Shown piece after piece: positions 62,801 through 64,000 of a stretch of 64,000 bases of DNA; the stretch's first letter is position 1, and every line of letters starts with the position of its first letter. Under the pieces are notes generated by a model. The model searched no databases, was not told where the DNA came from, and saw nothing but the letters and a program-made list of their open reading frames with translations. The position numbers were made by a program, and so were the translations under genes. The DNA is from Eledone cirrhosa (Eukaryota), in NCBI GenBank assembly GCA_964016885.1, contig OZ024743.1, positions 245,768,001 to 245,832,000 on the forward strand, in the 5' to 3' direction.

Positions 62801-63630
62801 GTAAGAGACACAATGAAAAGGCTCCCAGTCCACACTGTAAGGTGGCCATGTTTGGATACACAGGGAAAAGGCTCCCAGTCCACACTGTAAGGTGGCCATG
62901 TAGGAGACACAGTGAAAAGGGTCCCAGTCCACACTGTAAAGAGGCCATGTATGAGACACAGTGTAAAGGCTCCCAGTCCACACTGTAAAGTGGCCATGTA
63001 GGAGACACAGTGAAAAGTCTCCCAGTCCACACTGTAAAGTGGCCATGTAGGAGACACAGTGAAAAGACTCCCAGTCCACACTGTAAAGTGGCCATGTAGG
63101 AGACACAGTGAAAAGGCTCCCAGTCCACACTGTAAAGTGGCCAAGTAGGAGACACAGTGAAAAGGCTCCCAGTCCACACTGTAAAGAGGCCATGTAGGAG
63201 ACACAGTGAAAAGGCTCCCAGTCCACACTGTAAAGTGGCCATGTAGGAGACACAGTGAAAAGCCTCCCAGTCCACACTGTATAGAGGCCATGTAGGAGAC
63301 ACAGTGAAAAGGCTCCCAGTCCACACTGTAAAGTGGTCGTGTAGGAGACAGTGAAAAGACTCCCAGTCCACACTGTAAGGTGGCTATGTAGGAGACACAG
63401 TGAAAAGGCTCCCAGTCCACACTGTAAAGTGGCCATGTAGGAGACACAGTGAAAAGACTCCCAGTCCACACTGGAAAGTGACCGTGTAGGAGACACAGTG
63501 AAAAGGCTCCCAGTCCACACTGTAAGGTGGCTATGTAGGAGACACAGTGAAAAGGCTCCCAGCCCACACTGTAAGGTGGCTATGTAGGAGACACAGTGAA
63601 AAGGCTCCCAGCCCACACTGTAAGGTGGCC
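50844..63630. repeat. 49-bp satellite, about 260 copies (CAGTCCACACTGTAAAGTGGCCATGTAGGAGACACAGTGAAAAGGCTCC), with 47-bp variants
   Basis: Period 49 read directly (cagtcca at 50844, 50893, ...); copy number estimated from length/49. Confidence 0.98.
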
Positions 63631-63688
63631 AGTCTAACCCATGCTAGCGTGGAAGAACGGACGTAAAACGGTGATGATGATGATGATG
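63631..63688 (+). mobile_element. RTE LINE/SINE 3' terminus with (GAT)n tail, fused to the satellite end
   Basis: 63632-63678 is the exact reverse complement of 46224-46270. Confidence 0.9.
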
Positions 63689-64000
63689 CATTGTGATGAC
63701 CATATTTTCAAATTTTAGAAATACTTTGTAAGTCAACCAACCTCAATAAGAGTGGAAATTCTGGTAAATTGAAATAGCAACTTAGATTATGTACCTAATT
63801 GTAGACATTGAATCATTTCATTCTCATTTTACATCTACTTTCCATGTTGGCATGAGTTGTCTGGATTGTCAAGGCCCACAGCTAGACAGCTCATAGAGAC
63901 TTACATTGCTCATACATTCCTATATTTGGCTTGATTCCTACGAGTGGATACACTTCCTAATGCCAACCACTTTATGGAGTATACGGGTGCATTTTATCAT

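Noticed and set aside
50628-63616. Very long minus-strand ORFs (up to 1519 aa) with a 49-aa repeat
   Set aside because: They arise because the 49-bp unit lacks stops on one strand. All three frames give the same peptide, and frequent 2-bp indels switch frames freely, so there is no sign of coding constraint.
50844-63630. CRISPR-like regular repeat (also 23925-25460)
   Set aside because: There are no unique spacers and no cas genes, and the context is a eukaryotic intron; these are plain tandem repeats.

Overview
Eukaryotic, AT-rich, repeat-dense DNA. The SINE/LINE repertoire and microsatellite style suggest an octopod cephalopod (inference). The window is the interior of one minus-strand gene encoding a cytosolic carboxypeptidase of the CCP1/Nna1 type (AGTPBP1/AGBL1 orthologue). 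I traced 17 GT-AG exons from 50364 down to 2120 that splice into an uninterrupted 2727-nt (909-codon) frame with the FESGNL, HPGE and NPDG motifs. The start and stop exons lie outside the window. The introns hold a full-length but disabled Ty3/gypsy (Mag-like) LTR retrotransposon with 269-bp LTRs and a 5-bp TSD, a solo LTR, RTE-, CR1- and R4-like LINE fragments, tRNA-derived SINEs, MITEs, and three large tandem arrays (34-bp, 26-bp, and a 12.8-kb 49-bp satellite). The most notable signals: the 49-bp satellite appears to have expanded from a subrepeat of an RTE LINE/SINE 3' tail and still ends in that tail; it has kb-scale higher-order duplications and shares a core with the 34-bp array; two LTR insertions sit at the B-box of the same SINE family; and there is a near-perfect 60-bp-stem hairpin. 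Family names rest on motif recognition, not database searches.
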